A DNA stretch of 64,000 nucleotides from Candidatus Latescibacterota bacterium (GCA_965261395.1 OZ253462.1:5856001-5920000), one strand, 5' to 3'. Counted from the first letter of the stretch, positions 1 through 9,444 are shown. Program-made: numbers and translations. The notes: generated by a model from the sequence alone, not told the origin.

Positions 1-1362
1 CGCATCGTGCAGACTGTACGCCCCCGCTTTTTCTAGTACTGCCTGTTCCTCCTGCTGCTTTTTTTCTGATGCGGCTTGCTCCTCCTGCCGTTGCTTTTCT
101 AACGCTGTCTGCTCTCGACGCTCCTTTTCCAACGCGGCCTGCTGTTCCTGCCGCTTTTTTCCCAACGCCGCTTGTTCCTGCCGTTGCTTTTCCAGCGCGG
201 CCTGCTGTTCCTGCCGCTTTTTTTCTAACGCCGCTTGTTCCTGCCGTTGCTTTTCTAACGCCGCTTGTTCCTGCCGTTGCTTTTCCAACGCGGCCTGCTG
301 TTCCTGCTGCTTTTTTCCCAACGCGGCTTGTTCCTGAATTGCGATAGCGCCCATAATCAGGAGAGCGACTACCCCCAAAATCACGGCAAACCACTTTGCT
401 CTTGCTGATTTAGGCTTGCCTTTTGCCTTTTCCTTTTTATTTAATGGAGCATTTCCCGTCTCCCGCCCTAGCCCTTCCTTGGCGTCCGCCGCTATCGCAG
501 CCTGCCAAGCCTCAACACTCTGCGGACGATCCCCCTCATGCACCGCCAACGCCGCATCGATCGCCGCCAAAAACGCACCACTCACCCGACCTGCACACCG
601 CTGAGACACCGGAATCAGCGGGTCATCCCGCATCCGGTCGGTCGCATCGTCGGGTGTCTCTCCCGTCAACGCCCGATAGCACACCCCACCCAACGCATAA
701 ATGTCGGTCCACGCTCCTTGGTGCCCCCGGCTCGAATACTGCTCGATCGGCGCATACCCCGGCGTTACGATCGACGTAACCGAACGACTCTTGGCCCCCA
801 TCGCCTGACGCGCCGCACCAAAGTCCAACAACACCGGCGAACCATCCTCAGCGCGCAGGATGATATTGCCCGGCTTGATGTCCCGATGCAAAAAGTCTGC
901 TTGATGCACCACTTCTAAGGCACTCAGCAACGGATATAGAATATTTTTGAGCTCGTCTTCGCTCAGCGTCTCCTTGCGCGTCAGATGCGCCGACAAGTCT
1001 TCTCCCTCCACATAGTCCATTGCGATATAGGCCGTACTATGCGCTTCAAAGAAGTGGTGGACGCGGACGATGTTGGGGTGCTGAAGGCGCGCCAAAATTC
1101 GGGCTTCGTCCAAGAAGCGTTCCAAGCCCCATTGGAAATCCGACGCCGCACGCGGTGCCTGCGGCACGACGGACAGGTCCTGTTCGCGGGTAGCCAAGCC
1201 CGAGGGTAGATACTCCTTGATCGCCACGGGAATATCCAGCGCCACGTTCCAGCCGAGGTAGGTCATACCGAATCCGCCGTGGCCGAGGACGCGGCGAAAC
1301 TCAAAGTCCCGTATGCGCGTTCCCTGCGGCAACGCCAAGCGATGCTGTTGTTCCTCACTCAT
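1..1362 (-). CDS. Hanks-type Ser/Thr protein kinase with TM helix, coiled-coil stalk and probable start of an ankyrin repeat (3' partial, runs off window)
   Basis: Manual translation from ATG at 1362 (MSEEQQHRLALPQG...) gives LGHGGFGMTY, VAIKEY, HRDIKPGN, LLDFG, TPGYAPIEQ and DIYALG motifs, then hydrophobic WFAVILGVVALLIMGAIAI, QAALEKQRQE repeats, ending ...YSLHDA at the window edge. No stop in window, hence absent from the ORF track. Confidence 0.93.
   Translation of the reverse strand, partial: MSEEQQHRLALPQGTRIRDFEFRRVLGHGGFGMTYLGWNVALDIPVAIKEYLPSGLATREQDLSVVPQAPRAASDFQWGLERFLDEARILARLQHPNIVRVHHFFEAHSTAYIAMDYVEGEDLSAHLTRKETLSEDELKNILYPLLSALEVVHQADFLHRDIKPGNIILRAEDGSPVLLDFGAARQAMGAKSRSVTSIVTPGYAPIEQYSSRGHQGAWTDIYALGGVCYRALTGETPDDATDRMRDDPLIPVSQRCAGRVSGAFLAAIDAALAVHEGDRPQSVEAWQAAIAADAKEGLGRETGNAPLNKKEKAKGKPKSARAKWFAVILGVVALLIMGAIAIQEQAALGKKQQEQQAALEKQRQEQAALEKQRQEQAALEKKRQEQQAALEKQRQEQAALGKKRQEQQAALEKERREQTALEKQRQEEQAASEKKQQEEQAVLEKAGAYSLHDA
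50..340 (-). repeat. Coding 30/33-bp tandem repeat (QAALEKQRQE[Q]) forming the kinase stalk
   Basis: Recurring cttgttcctgccgttgcttttctaacgccg-like units seen directly. Confidence 0.85.
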
Positions 1363-1374
1363 ACTCGGCTCTCT

Positions 1375-2328
1375 CTACCCCCGCACGGGTAATATTGTCT
1401 CAACAGCCGCATCTTCGCCCCACCCAAGCCAATAAAGCACCCCCAATAAGACGATAACGCCTAGCAATATCCCGCCCCAGCGTTTTAATCGCGGCCTACT
1501 CTGAGCAGCTTCCCCCTCGCCAATAGCAGCCGCAGCCAATTCCGTGCCCTCGGCCGGCGCGTACAACAAGACGGTCGTGTTGTCCTGCTGGGGATGTGCT
1601 GCCGCTTCCACGGCTTGGATGAGGGCCGCAGCACTATCCTCCAATGGCGCGTCTTGCGTTTTCTGGAGGATCTCCGCAATCTCTTGATCGCTGAGGGTCA
1701 ACAAACCGTCGCTCGCCAAGAGCAGCCGGTCGCCCTGCTCGACCGCTACCGGCTGCGACGACACGTCAATCAGATGGATGTCATCGCCCATGACCGCCGA
1801 CCGCAGTGCATGCCGCCTTGGATCCCGCGCGGCTTCTTCTGCGGTCATATCCCCCTTTGCTACGAGATCCGCAAGAATCGGAGCCATAGAGTGGTCTGCA
1901 TTCAAACGCTCCAATGTGCCTTGGCGGAACAACCACAACGGGGAATCGCCCACGCTGATCCAGTGCAGCCCTTCGCTTGAAACAACAGCCGCGACCAAGG
2001 TCGAACCCATGCTGTCGAGTTTGGGATTTTCGGCGATGGCATCGGCAATGGCTTTATTAGCCGCTTCGAGGCAGTCCCGGAGCCGATCGATGATGGGCCC
2101 AGAAGCCTGGGGATAGACCTCGACAAAGGTCTTGCTCAAAAGGCCACTGGCCGTCGCGCCGGCCACGTGGCCTCCCATGCCATCGGCGACCACCAACATG
2201 GAGTGCTCGCTGCCGTCTAGGCCGAGGTCGCGTCCATCCAGCAGGCCGTAATCATCTTCTTGGTACTCCCGTTTGCCGGGGATTTGCCGCGCGGCAAAGC
2301 GCCCGTCTAATTCGTTCATTTTTGTCAT
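1375..2328 (-). CDS. PP2C/PPM family Ser/Thr phosphatase with C-terminal TM helix
   Basis: REYQED, VADGMGGH, VGDS, LLASDGL and DNTT motifs; C-terminal hydrophobic segment; adjacent to the kinase. Confidence 0.93.
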   Translation of the reverse strand: MTKMNELDGRFAARQIPGKREYQEDDYGLLDGRDLGLDGSEHSMLVVADGMGGHVAGATASGLLSKTFVEVYPQASGPIIDRLRDCLEAANKAIADAIAENPKLDSMGSTLVAAVVSSEGLHWISVGDSPLWLFRQGTLERLNADHSMAPILADLVAKGDMTAEEAARDPRRHALRSAVMGDDIHLIDVSSQPVAVEQGDRLLLASDGLLTLSDQEIAEILQKTQDAPLEDSAAALIQAVEAAAHPQQDNTTVLLYAPAEGTELAAAAIGEGEAAQSRPRLKRWGGILLGVIVLLGVLYWLGWGEDAAVETILPVRG

Positions 2329-2915
2329 TGCGCCTTACTTCCCTCTGTATCCTGCCAATCAAACTCGGCACCGCACAGGGGCACGAAGCGGAGAACTGTA
2401 TTGCCGATACTGATGTGGCTCTGCGCCGACAACTCAGCCGGTGCGAGCACGGGCTGATCGCCGAGATACGTCAGATTGGTGCCGCCACCGTGCTGCACGT
2501 AAAACTTCCGGCCGCGCGGATCGTACGTAACAACGGCATGGCCATTGCGCGAAATCTGGTCGTCGCCAAAATCCAGCTTGACGCGGTCGGTCGCCCCGCG
2601 CCCAAGTGGATTGGAACCATAACCCAGTTGCATGGCCTGCCCTTTTCCCGGCCCCTCGACAACCACTAGCCACCCCACAACCGGATCATCCATGGCGCGG
2701 TCCGCTTCGGTGTGCTCCTCGTCTGTTCGCCGCCCGCCCACCAAACGCGTCTTCTCCTCCTCGCCGCCCTGCTGCTCGGCAGCGGCAGATTCTTCGCCGC
2801 CCTGTGGTGCCGGCGGCAATGGCCTATTGACCACCTCCGTTGGTTTGTCCTCCTCTTTCCGCCTAACGGTTTTTTCTTCTATGATTTTGCCATCGGGTCC
2901 GCGATAAACAGGCAT
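2325..2915 (-). CDS. FHA domain protein with disordered N-terminus
   Basis: VVGWLVVVEGP...LGR...ISRNGHA...GTNLTYL pattern typical of FHA. Confidence 0.85.
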   Translation of the reverse strand: MPVYRGPDGKIIEEKTVRRKEEDKPTEVVNRPLPPAPQGGEESAAAEQQGGEEEKTRLVGGRRTDEEHTEADRAMDDPVVGWLVVVEGPGKGQAMQLGYGSNPLGRGATDRVKLDFGDDQISRNGHAVVTYDPRGRKFYVQHGGGTNLTYLGDQPVLAPAELSAQSHISIGNTVLRFVPLCGAEFDWQDTEGSKAQ

Positions 2916-2943
2916 GGTACCCTCCTATCTTTGGGTTATTCCG

Positions 2944-2966
2944 GTAGGGCAGGCGTCTCACCCGCA
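2944..2966 (+). repeat. Degenerate GTAG-type REP-like element
   Basis: GTAG followed by imperfect hairpin GGCAGGCG-TCT-CACCCGC in a short intergenic gap. Confidence 0.3.
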
Positions 2967-2968
2967 AC

Positions 2969-3760
2969 TTATTTTTCGTAAAGCCGGTTAATTAAGTGGT
3001 CCAAACAGTATTGGCCGGATAGGTTCAGGGCCATTTCTTCCCGGCTTTCCGCAATGTGCAATGTAAATACCAGCAGTACCGACTGGAGCAACGCGAGTAA
3101 GGTCGTGTAAAACGCGACGCTCAGCCGACCCGTGATCTCGGCCAGCAAGGTCGGGTCTCGTGGGTCTTGGATATTGGCCGCATAATCCAAGGCAAACGCA
3201 ATGCCCACCACCGTGCCGATAAACCCCAACGTTGGTATTAGCCATACGAGATAGCGCAACATCGCATATTTGAGTTCGAGCTCGTGCTGAAACAATTCGA
3301 GGGAAGAATTTAATAGCGAGTTAGCTTGGTCCACGGAGCGGCTCCCCTGAAATTGTAGAATGCAGCGCATGATCAGACGCTGTAAAAAGAAAACGCGCTT
3401 CTCGGCCACAGGCCGCACCTTTTGATAAAGGTCACCCAAATCCTGCGCCCGCAACACAACCTCATCTTCTTCCGGCAGGTAGCGTTTGGCTATTTGTTGC
3501 AGTTCCAGCCTCGCTTGGTTGAATCGCACCCAGAGTTCACCGCAGCCGACCCAAAACATGAGCCACATGACGTTTTGGATCGTAAACGGGTACAGGAAAC
3601 TGGCCGTGTGGCGATCTAGCAAGAAAGCACCTACCGCAGAATCGGGATGTCTAAAAATAAAGCTCATAATCGCTATAAAGATGACGCCTCCTAGCAAACT
3701 GACGCCGTTTACTTTTAGGCGTTGCTCTAGCTCTATCCCTGGCCTTGGTCTTTTTGCCAT
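2969..3760 (-). CDS. MotA/TolQ/ExbB proton-channel family protein
   Basis: LIPTLGFIGTVVGI and LSVAFYTTLLAL TM motifs. Start moved to ATG 3760 (MAKRPR), which has GAGGAG upstream. Confidence 0.88.
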   Translation of the reverse strand: MAKRPRPGIELEQRLKVNGVSLLGGVIFIAIMSFIFRHPDSAVGAFLLDRHTASFLYPFTIQNVMWLMFWVGCGELWVRFNQARLELQQIAKRYLPEEDEVVLRAQDLGDLYQKVRPVAEKRVFFLQRLIMRCILQFQGSRSVDQANSLLNSSLELFQHELELKYAMLRYLVWLIPTLGFIGTVVGIAFALDYAANIQDPRDPTLLAEITGRLSVAFYTTLLALLQSVLLVFTLHIAESREEMALNLSGQYCLDHLINRLYEK

Positions 3761-3761
3761 G

Positions 3762-4139
3762 TCAATCCTCCTCGCCGATGATCTCACCTGTATCTACGTC
3801 ACGCCGTACCGGTCCCTCGGGTAGGGGCGTCGTACCTCCCGAACGGCGCTTCCGTTGCACGGCCATCGCGATAAGTGCGGGTGCGGTCGTCTGATAACGA
3901 CCGAGTAGAATCGCATCCGTCGGGTCTATAAATTCCTGCCGGATGCGTTTCCACTCGCCGTTGTGCGCAACATAACTACCCCCGCTGCTGGCGCAATCGG
4001 TGAGATAGTAAGCGCCGCTTGGCGTCGCAATTAGCTCGGCGTGGACGCGCGAGACCGACTCATCGTCAATCTGGATGTCCACGCCTGCGCCGCGACCGAT
4101 TCGGTACACATAAAAGCTCGATTCGCTCATAGTTATCAA
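3762..4139 (-). CDS. Small FHA domain protein
   Basis: IGRG...VSRVHAEL...LTDCASSGGSYV FHA signature. Confidence 0.88.
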   Translation of the reverse strand: MITMSESSFYVYRIGRGAGVDIQIDDESVSRVHAELIATPSGAYYLTDCASSGGSYVAHNGEWKRIRQEFIDPTDAILLGRYQTTAPALIAMAVQRKRRSGGTTPLPEGPVRRDVDTGEIIGEED

Positions 4140-5035
4140 CCTGGTTTGGCTCCTACAACATACCCATTATTCTGCTCGGTCAACTGCACTAGAAAATCAA
4201 TAAAGTTCCGGTCCGCGGTGTAATTGCCAACGGCTACGGCGTGGATGGGTGTTTTCTGCTTATTTTTAGCCGTTACAGCCTGCACAACCACTTGCCAATC
4301 TTCGGTGGGTGCTCCATCGCTCAAGAGGATGATTTCTTCGGGGTGTAGGGCAAGCGCCGCCAGCAAAGCGACGCGGGTGGGTGAGCCACCGCCAATGCTC
4401 TTCATCCAGTTTTTTACTAGTGATACAACGCGATCTTGCGTATTCTTTTTGACCTGAAAGTATTCTCCATCTTGAGGCCAATAGTGCAGCAGATCCGCGC
4501 CTTGGAAACCAATGAGACAGACCTCTATTTCCGACTTAAAAGCAGCGAGCATGTCTTGTACAGACAATGCTATAAACTGGCGATAGTCGTGCTGTTCAGG
4601 CTGATAAATGCTGCTCGACATATCTATGACGAACACAAACTTCTTTGCTTTCGTCCTAATGCCCAATAAAACGCTTGTGTCATCTATCTCCTGTTGCAAA
4701 GCCGCGACCTGTCTTTCAAGCGGACTTTTTGTTCTCGGTGCTTTGGCCATTGCCCGCTCTAGCTCGGTTTTTTCTTGTTCCAGCTTGGCTGTCTGCTGCT
4801 CCAGCATAGCCTTCTCGCGCTCCAACTCGGTCCTAGCCTGCTCCAACTCGGCCTTAGCCTGCTCCAGCGTAGCCTTCTCGCGCTCCAATTCGGCCTCTTC
4901 TAGTCCCGATATGTTCAGATTCGGAAAAAAGGGCAGCAGCACTATGGTAATGAGCATGAAAGCGCCGAGAGCCGATGCAAACAGATCGAGCATGGACATG
5001 CTAAATATGTTGAGCTCTCGGCGGCGCTTTTTCAT
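4136..5035 (-). CDS. ExbD/MotB-like single-TM protein with coiled coil and vWA domain
   Basis: Basic N-terminus, TM segment containing Asp (MLDLFASALGAFMLI), LEQAKAE heptads, then MIDAS motif FVIDMSSS...T...LLSDG. Confidence 0.82.
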   Translation of the reverse strand: MKKRRRELNIFSMSMLDLFASALGAFMLITIVLLPFFPNLNISGLEEAELEREKATLEQAKAELEQARTELEREKAMLEQQTAKLEQEKTELERAMAKAPRTKSPLERQVAALQQEIDDTSVLLGIRTKAKKFVFVIDMSSSIYQPEQHDYRQFIALSVQDMLAAFKSEIEVCLIGFQGADLLHYWPQDGEYFQVKKNTQDRVVSLVKNWMKSIGGGSPTRVALLAALALHPEEIILLSDGAPTEDWQVVVQAVTAKNKQKTPIHAVAVGNYTADRNFIDFLVQLTEQNNGYVVGAKPG

Positions 5036-5049
5036 GCCTAATATCCGAT

Positions 5050-6660
5050 CTAAAGTTTGGACGCCACAAGCACCAAATCGCCCAGCGCGACTTTGGCCCC
5101 ATAATCCAAGCGCGCCGGCTTAAAGGGCGACAGACGCTGCTCGTTGAGAAACGTCCCATTGCTGGAGTTCAAGTCTTCAACATAAAATTGATCGCCCTCG
5201 GCTGCAATGCGCAGATGCCGTCGGGATACGTTTTCATCCGCGACGACTTCATCCACCAAATCGGGATGCCTGCCGAGCGATATCCCCAAGCGTTGACTGG
5301 CAAATAGGGCTGGTGACAACTCGATGCGGACGCGGTCGCCGCGACTGTCAAAACCGGCTAGCACGAGGCCGTGTTTTGGGCCTTGTGCAATGGCCTTTAC
5401 CGCTTCCTTTTTGGTTACGCGCCGACTCATCTGTTGGACTAGCTGGCGCGGGTTCTTTAAGGCCGCTATCAATTTTCGCCGCGAGGAAAGCAACCAACCG
5501 AGCAGGGCAAGCAGCACCAGTCCCGCTCCCGCAACAATGCCCCACTGCAACCGCTGCGCAGCTTTCTCTTTGGCCGCTTTGAGGCTGTCGGCTTTGGCTT
5601 GGGCCTGCACTTCCGCTGCTCTGAGGCTGTCGGCTTTGGCTTGGGCGGCTTCGAGACTATCGGCTTTGGCTTGGGCGGTCTTGAGGCTGTCGGCCACTGC
5701 TTTCTTTGCGGCATCGGCCCGTGCTTTTTCCGTCTCCAGACGATTGGCTTTGGCTTGGGCGGCCCTGAGGCTATCGGCGACTGCCTTACTCGCGGCATCG
5801 GCCTGCGCTTTCACCCGTTCTGCCGCCTGCCGAGCGGCCTCTTCTTTGGCTTGGGCCTTTTTTGCGACTGCGCTTGCCGAGTCGGCCTGCGCCTTGGCCA
5901 CTTGGAGGCTATCGGCGGCCGCTTTTCTAGCGCGTTCAGCGCGCTCAACAGCACTCAGGCATTTTGATTTAACCACGGTATGGGCGATTTCTCGGCCTTG
6001 GAGTGCAGCTATTATGTCGCCGCTGCGCAAGGCAAAAATAGCTCCTCTTGGTTGCGCTTTCCGAAACGGCCACGAGCTGTTGCCCGGACCGGGCAGGTTG
6101 ATGGCGACGACATCTCCGCATTCATTGAACAAGGGCATGCCGAAGGATTGGGCCGTTATCAAGGCATTGTGTTGTAGCAGGTGTGCGACAGGACGGCTTG
6201 ATTTCTTGCCGAAGATGTCCTGGTACGCGCCGATCGTCCCGTGAGCAAGCTGAACATCCCCTGTCGCGCCGAACCGCAGCGTCTGCACGGCGCGGCCTAC
6301 ATCGGCCCCTTGCTCGGACAAGTGGAGGGGCGGCAAGTTCAAGCCCTGGACGTGCAGTAGGGCCAAGTTCATGTCGCGGTTGGCAAACACCCGTTGCAAC
6401 ACGACCTCGGCCCCAGTCTTCAGGGACAATGCGGTCAATTCCTCTGCCTTCTCTATAAGATGGGCATTGGTCAGCACGTATCCCTTTTCGTTGACGACAA
6501 ACCCGCTCCCTTCAGCCACGATTTTGTTATTGTCATAAGCGCGAACACGCACGATGCTTGCAGAAACAACATCGACATCTATTTGCGCCGAGACGGGGCT
6601 TGCACAAAGGAACCAAGCTACTGCGAAATGCACGATGAAAGATGGGAATTTTTTGTTCAT
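5050..6660 (-). CDS. Secreted trypsin-like (pseudo)protease - coiled coil - TM - FHA protein
   Basis: Signal peptide from ATG 6660 (GGAGAGG RBS); GSGFVV and TNAH motifs; AKADSL repeats; TM GIVAGAGLVLLALLGWLL; C-terminal LGR..VSRRH..DLNSSNGTFLN FHA. Confidence 0.88.
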   Translation of the reverse strand: MNKKFPSFIVHFAVAWFLCASPVSAQIDVDVVSASIVRVRAYDNNKIVAEGSGFVVNEKGYVLTNAHLIEKAEELTALSLKTGAEVVLQRVFANRDMNLALLHVQGLNLPPLHLSEQGADVGRAVQTLRFGATGDVQLAHGTIGAYQDIFGKKSSRPVAHLLQHNALITAQSFGMPLFNECGDVVAINLPGPGNSSWPFRKAQPRGAIFALRSGDIIAALQGREIAHTVVKSKCLSAVERAERARKAAADSLQVAKAQADSASAVAKKAQAKEEAARQAAERVKAQADAASKAVADSLRAAQAKANRLETEKARADAAKKAVADSLKTAQAKADSLEAAQAKADSLRAAEVQAQAKADSLKAAKEKAAQRLQWGIVAGAGLVLLALLGWLLSSRRKLIAALKNPRQLVQQMSRRVTKKEAVKAIAQGPKHGLVLAGFDSRGDRVRIELSPALFASQRLGISLGRHPDLVDEVVADENVSRRHLRIAAEGDQFYVEDLNSSNGTFLNEQRLSPFKPARLDYGAKVALGDLVLVASKL

Positions 6661-6681
6661 AACCTCTCCGGCACCTTGGCG

Positions 6682-6725
6682 GGCGCGGTTCGTCGTCTGC
6701 ACGCGCAGAGACGACGAACCGCGCC
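6682..6725. other. Perfect 17-bp inverted repeat (stem-loop)
   Basis: GGCGCGGTTCGTCGTCT-N10-AGACGACGAACCGCGCC. No clear U-tract, so not called a terminator. Confidence 0.8.
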
Positions 6726-6752
6726 TAATGAATACGCGCTTATTATTAGGTT

Positions 6753-7784
6753 TTAGGGACTCAAGGCGATATCACTTGGACTATCCAATCCGGCGACGAT
6801 GGTTTCGAGTTCGGAGCCGTCGAGGTTGGCTCGCTGAATCTTACCCCAAATCCATTCTGTCCAGTATATCTTGCCCCCGCCCACGTCGAGGGCAACGCCC
6901 TTACTACTTTCGGTGAAGAGGGTTTGGGCTTGGGAGCCGTCGAGGTTGGCCTGCAGAACCCCATCCCACCCCGCCCAGTATAGCTTACCCCCCTCCTCGT
7001 CGACGGCGAGGTCGTATACGCGATCCAATCCGGCGACGATGGTTTCGACTTGGGATCCATCGAGGTTGGCTCGTTTAATCACATCCCCCCTCCAGCCTGC
7101 CCAGTACATCTTGTCCCCGCTCAAGTCTAAGGCGATGACCTCTGACGCCCCCGCATTGGAGACGAGGGTTTCGACGGGGGAACCGCCGAGGCCCGTACGG
7201 TAGATTATACCACGCCAGTTCGCTAAGTACATCTTGCCTTGGCCTACATCTAAGGCAAGGTCACTTCCCGTTTCGGTGCCGAGGGTTTGGACTTGGGACC
7301 CGTCGAGGTTGGCCCGTCCAACCTTCTCCGATTCTGTCCAGTATATCTTGCCCCCGTCCACGTCGAGGGCAATGCCCTCTGGAGAATCTAGGCCGGTGCC
7401 GAGGGTTTGGACTTGGGAGCCGTCGAGGTTGGCCCGCTGAATCGTACCCGCTTCGGAATCCGTCCAATACAGCATCGCGTCCGTCGACCCTTGATTGACC
7501 GTAATTGGTTCGTCTTGTTCGCCTCCTTGGGGTCCTTCAGATCCTGGAGGTCCTTCAGATCCTGGAGGTCCTGGAGGTCCTTGGGGTCCTTCAGGCCCTT
7601 GTTCGCCTTCACCTGGAGGTCCTTGGGGTCCTTCAGGCCCTTGTTCGCCTTCACCTGGAGGTCCTTGGGGCCCTTCAGACCCTTGTTCGCCTTGGGGTCC
7701 TGGAGGCCCCGCCGGGCCCGGAGGCCCTATGCATGATGCGGCGAGGCCGATAGCTAATAACGATAAAAATGCAAAGTACTTCAT
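6753..7784 (-). CDS. Lipoprotein: collagen-like Gly-X-Y stalk + LDL-receptor YWTD beta-propeller
   Basis: Lipobox LAASC; GPP/GPQ/GEQ triplets; repeated KIYWT...RANLDGS units. Confidence 0.9.
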   Translation of the reverse strand: MKYFAFLSLLAIGLAASCIGPPGPAGPPGPQGEQGSEGPQGPPGEGEQGPEGPQGPPGEGEQGPEGPQGPPGPPGSEGPPGSEGPQGGEQDEPITVNQGSTDAMLYWTDSEAGTIQRANLDGSQVQTLGTGLDSPEGIALDVDGGKIYWTESEKVGRANLDGSQVQTLGTETGSDLALDVGQGKMYLANWRGIIYRTGLGGSPVETLVSNAGASEVIALDLSGDKMYWAGWRGDVIKRANLDGSQVETIVAGLDRVYDLAVDEEGGKLYWAGWDGVLQANLDGSQAQTLFTESSKGVALDVGGGKIYWTEWIWGKIQRANLDGSELETIVAGLDSPSDIALSP

Positions 7785-7969
7785 TGCCTGCCTCCTTCTA
7801 TGTGTAAGAAGTAGATCTTCCGCACGGTTGGTTCCGGCTCTTATTCAATTGTTGGCCTAGCTCCACTACCAGTTCCATCTCGGTTCCCTTGTCGCCGTCT
7901 CCACCAACAGTCCAGCCCAACATCAGCCCAAGCAGGGTGATTCGCCTCCATCCGAGCAGGGGGTTCCAT
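7741..7969. repeat. 229-bp direct repeat, copy 1 (intergenic leader + signal-peptide codons)
   Basis: Identical by eye to 9111-9339 (offset 1370); near-identity continues into the collagen codons. Confidence 0.92.
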
Positions 7970-9154
7970 TTACTGCGCCAATCTAGCTGGGTTCTCGGTG
8001 TCGATGGGCGAGCACCCATCGCTGGTACAGGCAGTAATCCAGTAGTAGTTTGAGGACAAGGAACCGGAAGAAGGGTTGGTGTGGACGTAGGTCGTCTCGG
8101 AGACCCTCGTAGCCAGTTCCTCACACCAACTCGGCGTGCCACTTTGCTCTAAATGGCAGCTACTACCGAAGAAACTATCCCAGTAAATATTGTAGTGGGT
8201 AGCCCGTTCCACAGGATCCCAACTGACGATTACCTCGTCCCCATCCCAGGCAAATCGTTGGTTACTTGGGCTTGTGCAGTACGGCACCGACGACCCCTCG
8301 GGTAGGCATCCATTCAGTTGGGAGTTTCCGCTGAGTTTCAGCGTTTCCAGGTTGTCGAGGTTGCCCAGTTCGGGTGGAATCTCTCCCTGTAATTTGTTAT
8401 TTATCAGGTCCATCACTTCTAGGTTGTCGAGGTTGCCCAGTTCGGATGGAATCTCTCCCCGCAACTCGTTTCCACCGAGGACCAGAAATTCTAGGTTGTC
8501 GAGGTTGCCCAGTTCGGATGGGATCTCCCCCCGCAACTCGTTTCCACCGAGGTTCAGAAATTCTAGGTTGTCGAGGTTGCCCAGTTCGGGTGGAATCTCC
8601 TCCCGCAAATTGTTCACCGGCAGGTTCAGCACTTCTAGGAAGGCGAGGTTGCCCAGTTCGGGTGGAATCGTCCCCCATAGCCCATTATCCGAGAGGTCCA
8701 GCCGAGTGACGTAGCGGCCGCTGGGGTTGGTGGTGACGCCGTACCATTCGCTGATGGGAGCCGCGCTCAACCAGTTGGTGTTGTTCTTCCAGTCCTCTCC
8801 GCCCGTGGCATAGTAGAGCAAGACCAGAACGGTACTATCTGATGTGGCAGAGGAGATGGTAGGTTCTCGAGGTTCCTGGGGACCTTGTTCGCCCTGTCCG
8901 CTACCTGACGGTCCTGGAGGCCCTTGAGGCCCTTGTTCGCCTTGAGGTCCTTGAGGTCCTGGCGATCCTGGTTCGCCTTCACCTGGAGGTCCTTGGGGTC
9001 CTTCAGGCCCTTGTTCGCCTTCACCTGGAGGTCCTTGGGGTCCTTGAGGCCCTTGTTCGCCTTGGGGTCCTTCAGGCCCCGTCGGGCCCGGAGGCCCTAT
9101 GCATGATGTGGCGAGGCCGATAGCTAATAACGATAAAAATGCAAAGTACTTCAT
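7970..9154 (-). CDS. Lipoprotein: collagen-like stalk + plant-RLK-type LRR + FN3-like domain
   Basis: Lipobox LATSC; Gly-X-Y; L.G.IP.ELGNL..L LRRs (72-bp units); [15 protein letters not shown]...YYWITAC FN3-like tail. Confidence 0.9.
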   Translation of the reverse strand: MKYFAFLSLLAIGLATSCIGPPGPTGPEGPQGEQGPQGPQGPPGEGEQGPEGPQGPPGEGEPGSPGPQGPQGEQGPQGPPGPSGSGQGEQGPQEPREPTISSATSDSTVLVLLYYATGGEDWKNNTNWLSAAPISEWYGVTTNPSGRYVTRLDLSDNGLWGTIPPELGNLAFLEVLNLPVNNLREEIPPELGNLDNLEFLNLGGNELRGEIPSELGNLDNLEFLVLGGNELRGEIPSELGNLDNLEVMDLINNKLQGEIPPELGNLDNLETLKLSGNSQLNGCLPEGSSVPYCTSPSNQRFAWDGDEVIVSWDPVERATHYNIYWDSFFGSSCHLEQSGTPSWCEELATRVSETTYVHTNPSSGSLSSNYYWITACTSDGCSPIDTENPARLAQ

Positions 9155-9339
9155 TGCCTGCCTCCTTCTATGTGTAAGAAGTAGATCTTCCGCACGGTTG
9201 GTTCCGGCTCTTATTCAATTGTTGGCCTAGCTCCACTACCAGTTCCATCTCGGTTCCCTTGTCGCCGTCTCCACCAACAGTCCAGCCCAACATCAGCCCA
9301 AGCAGGGTGATTCGCCTCCATCCGAGCAGGGGGTTCCAT
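9111..9339. repeat. 229-bp direct repeat, copy 2
   Basis: Identical by eye to 7741-7969. Confidence 0.92.
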
Positions 9340-9391
9340 CTCCCTATGAAGGGGCGGTCATGGCGCGTTGATCCAAGCGGTCGGGTAGGGA

Positions 9392-9435
9392 GGAATAGAG
9401 CCTATCCATCCGCGCCCGATGAATAGGCCTCTTCC
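9392..9435 (-). terminator. Imperfect hairpin downstream of the third collagen lipoprotein gene
   Basis: GCCTAT-C-CATC/GATG-A-ATAGGC stem with outer GGAA(T)AGAG/CTCTTCC pairing, 10 bp after the stop. Confidence 0.35.
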
Positions 9436-9444
9436 AAGTCTTTT

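Noticed and set aside
1-4139. Type VI secretion locus (PpkA/PppA/Fha-like trio)
   Set aside because: No Hcp, VgrG, TssB/C, TssL/M or ClpV genes are in the window. Sequence beyond the left edge cannot be seen.
2969-5035. Calling the pair Zorya ZorAB or TolQR
   Set aside because: No long ZorA tail, no OmpA-like domain, and no ZorC/D/E or TolA/B/Pal neighbours; only family-level similarity is supportable.
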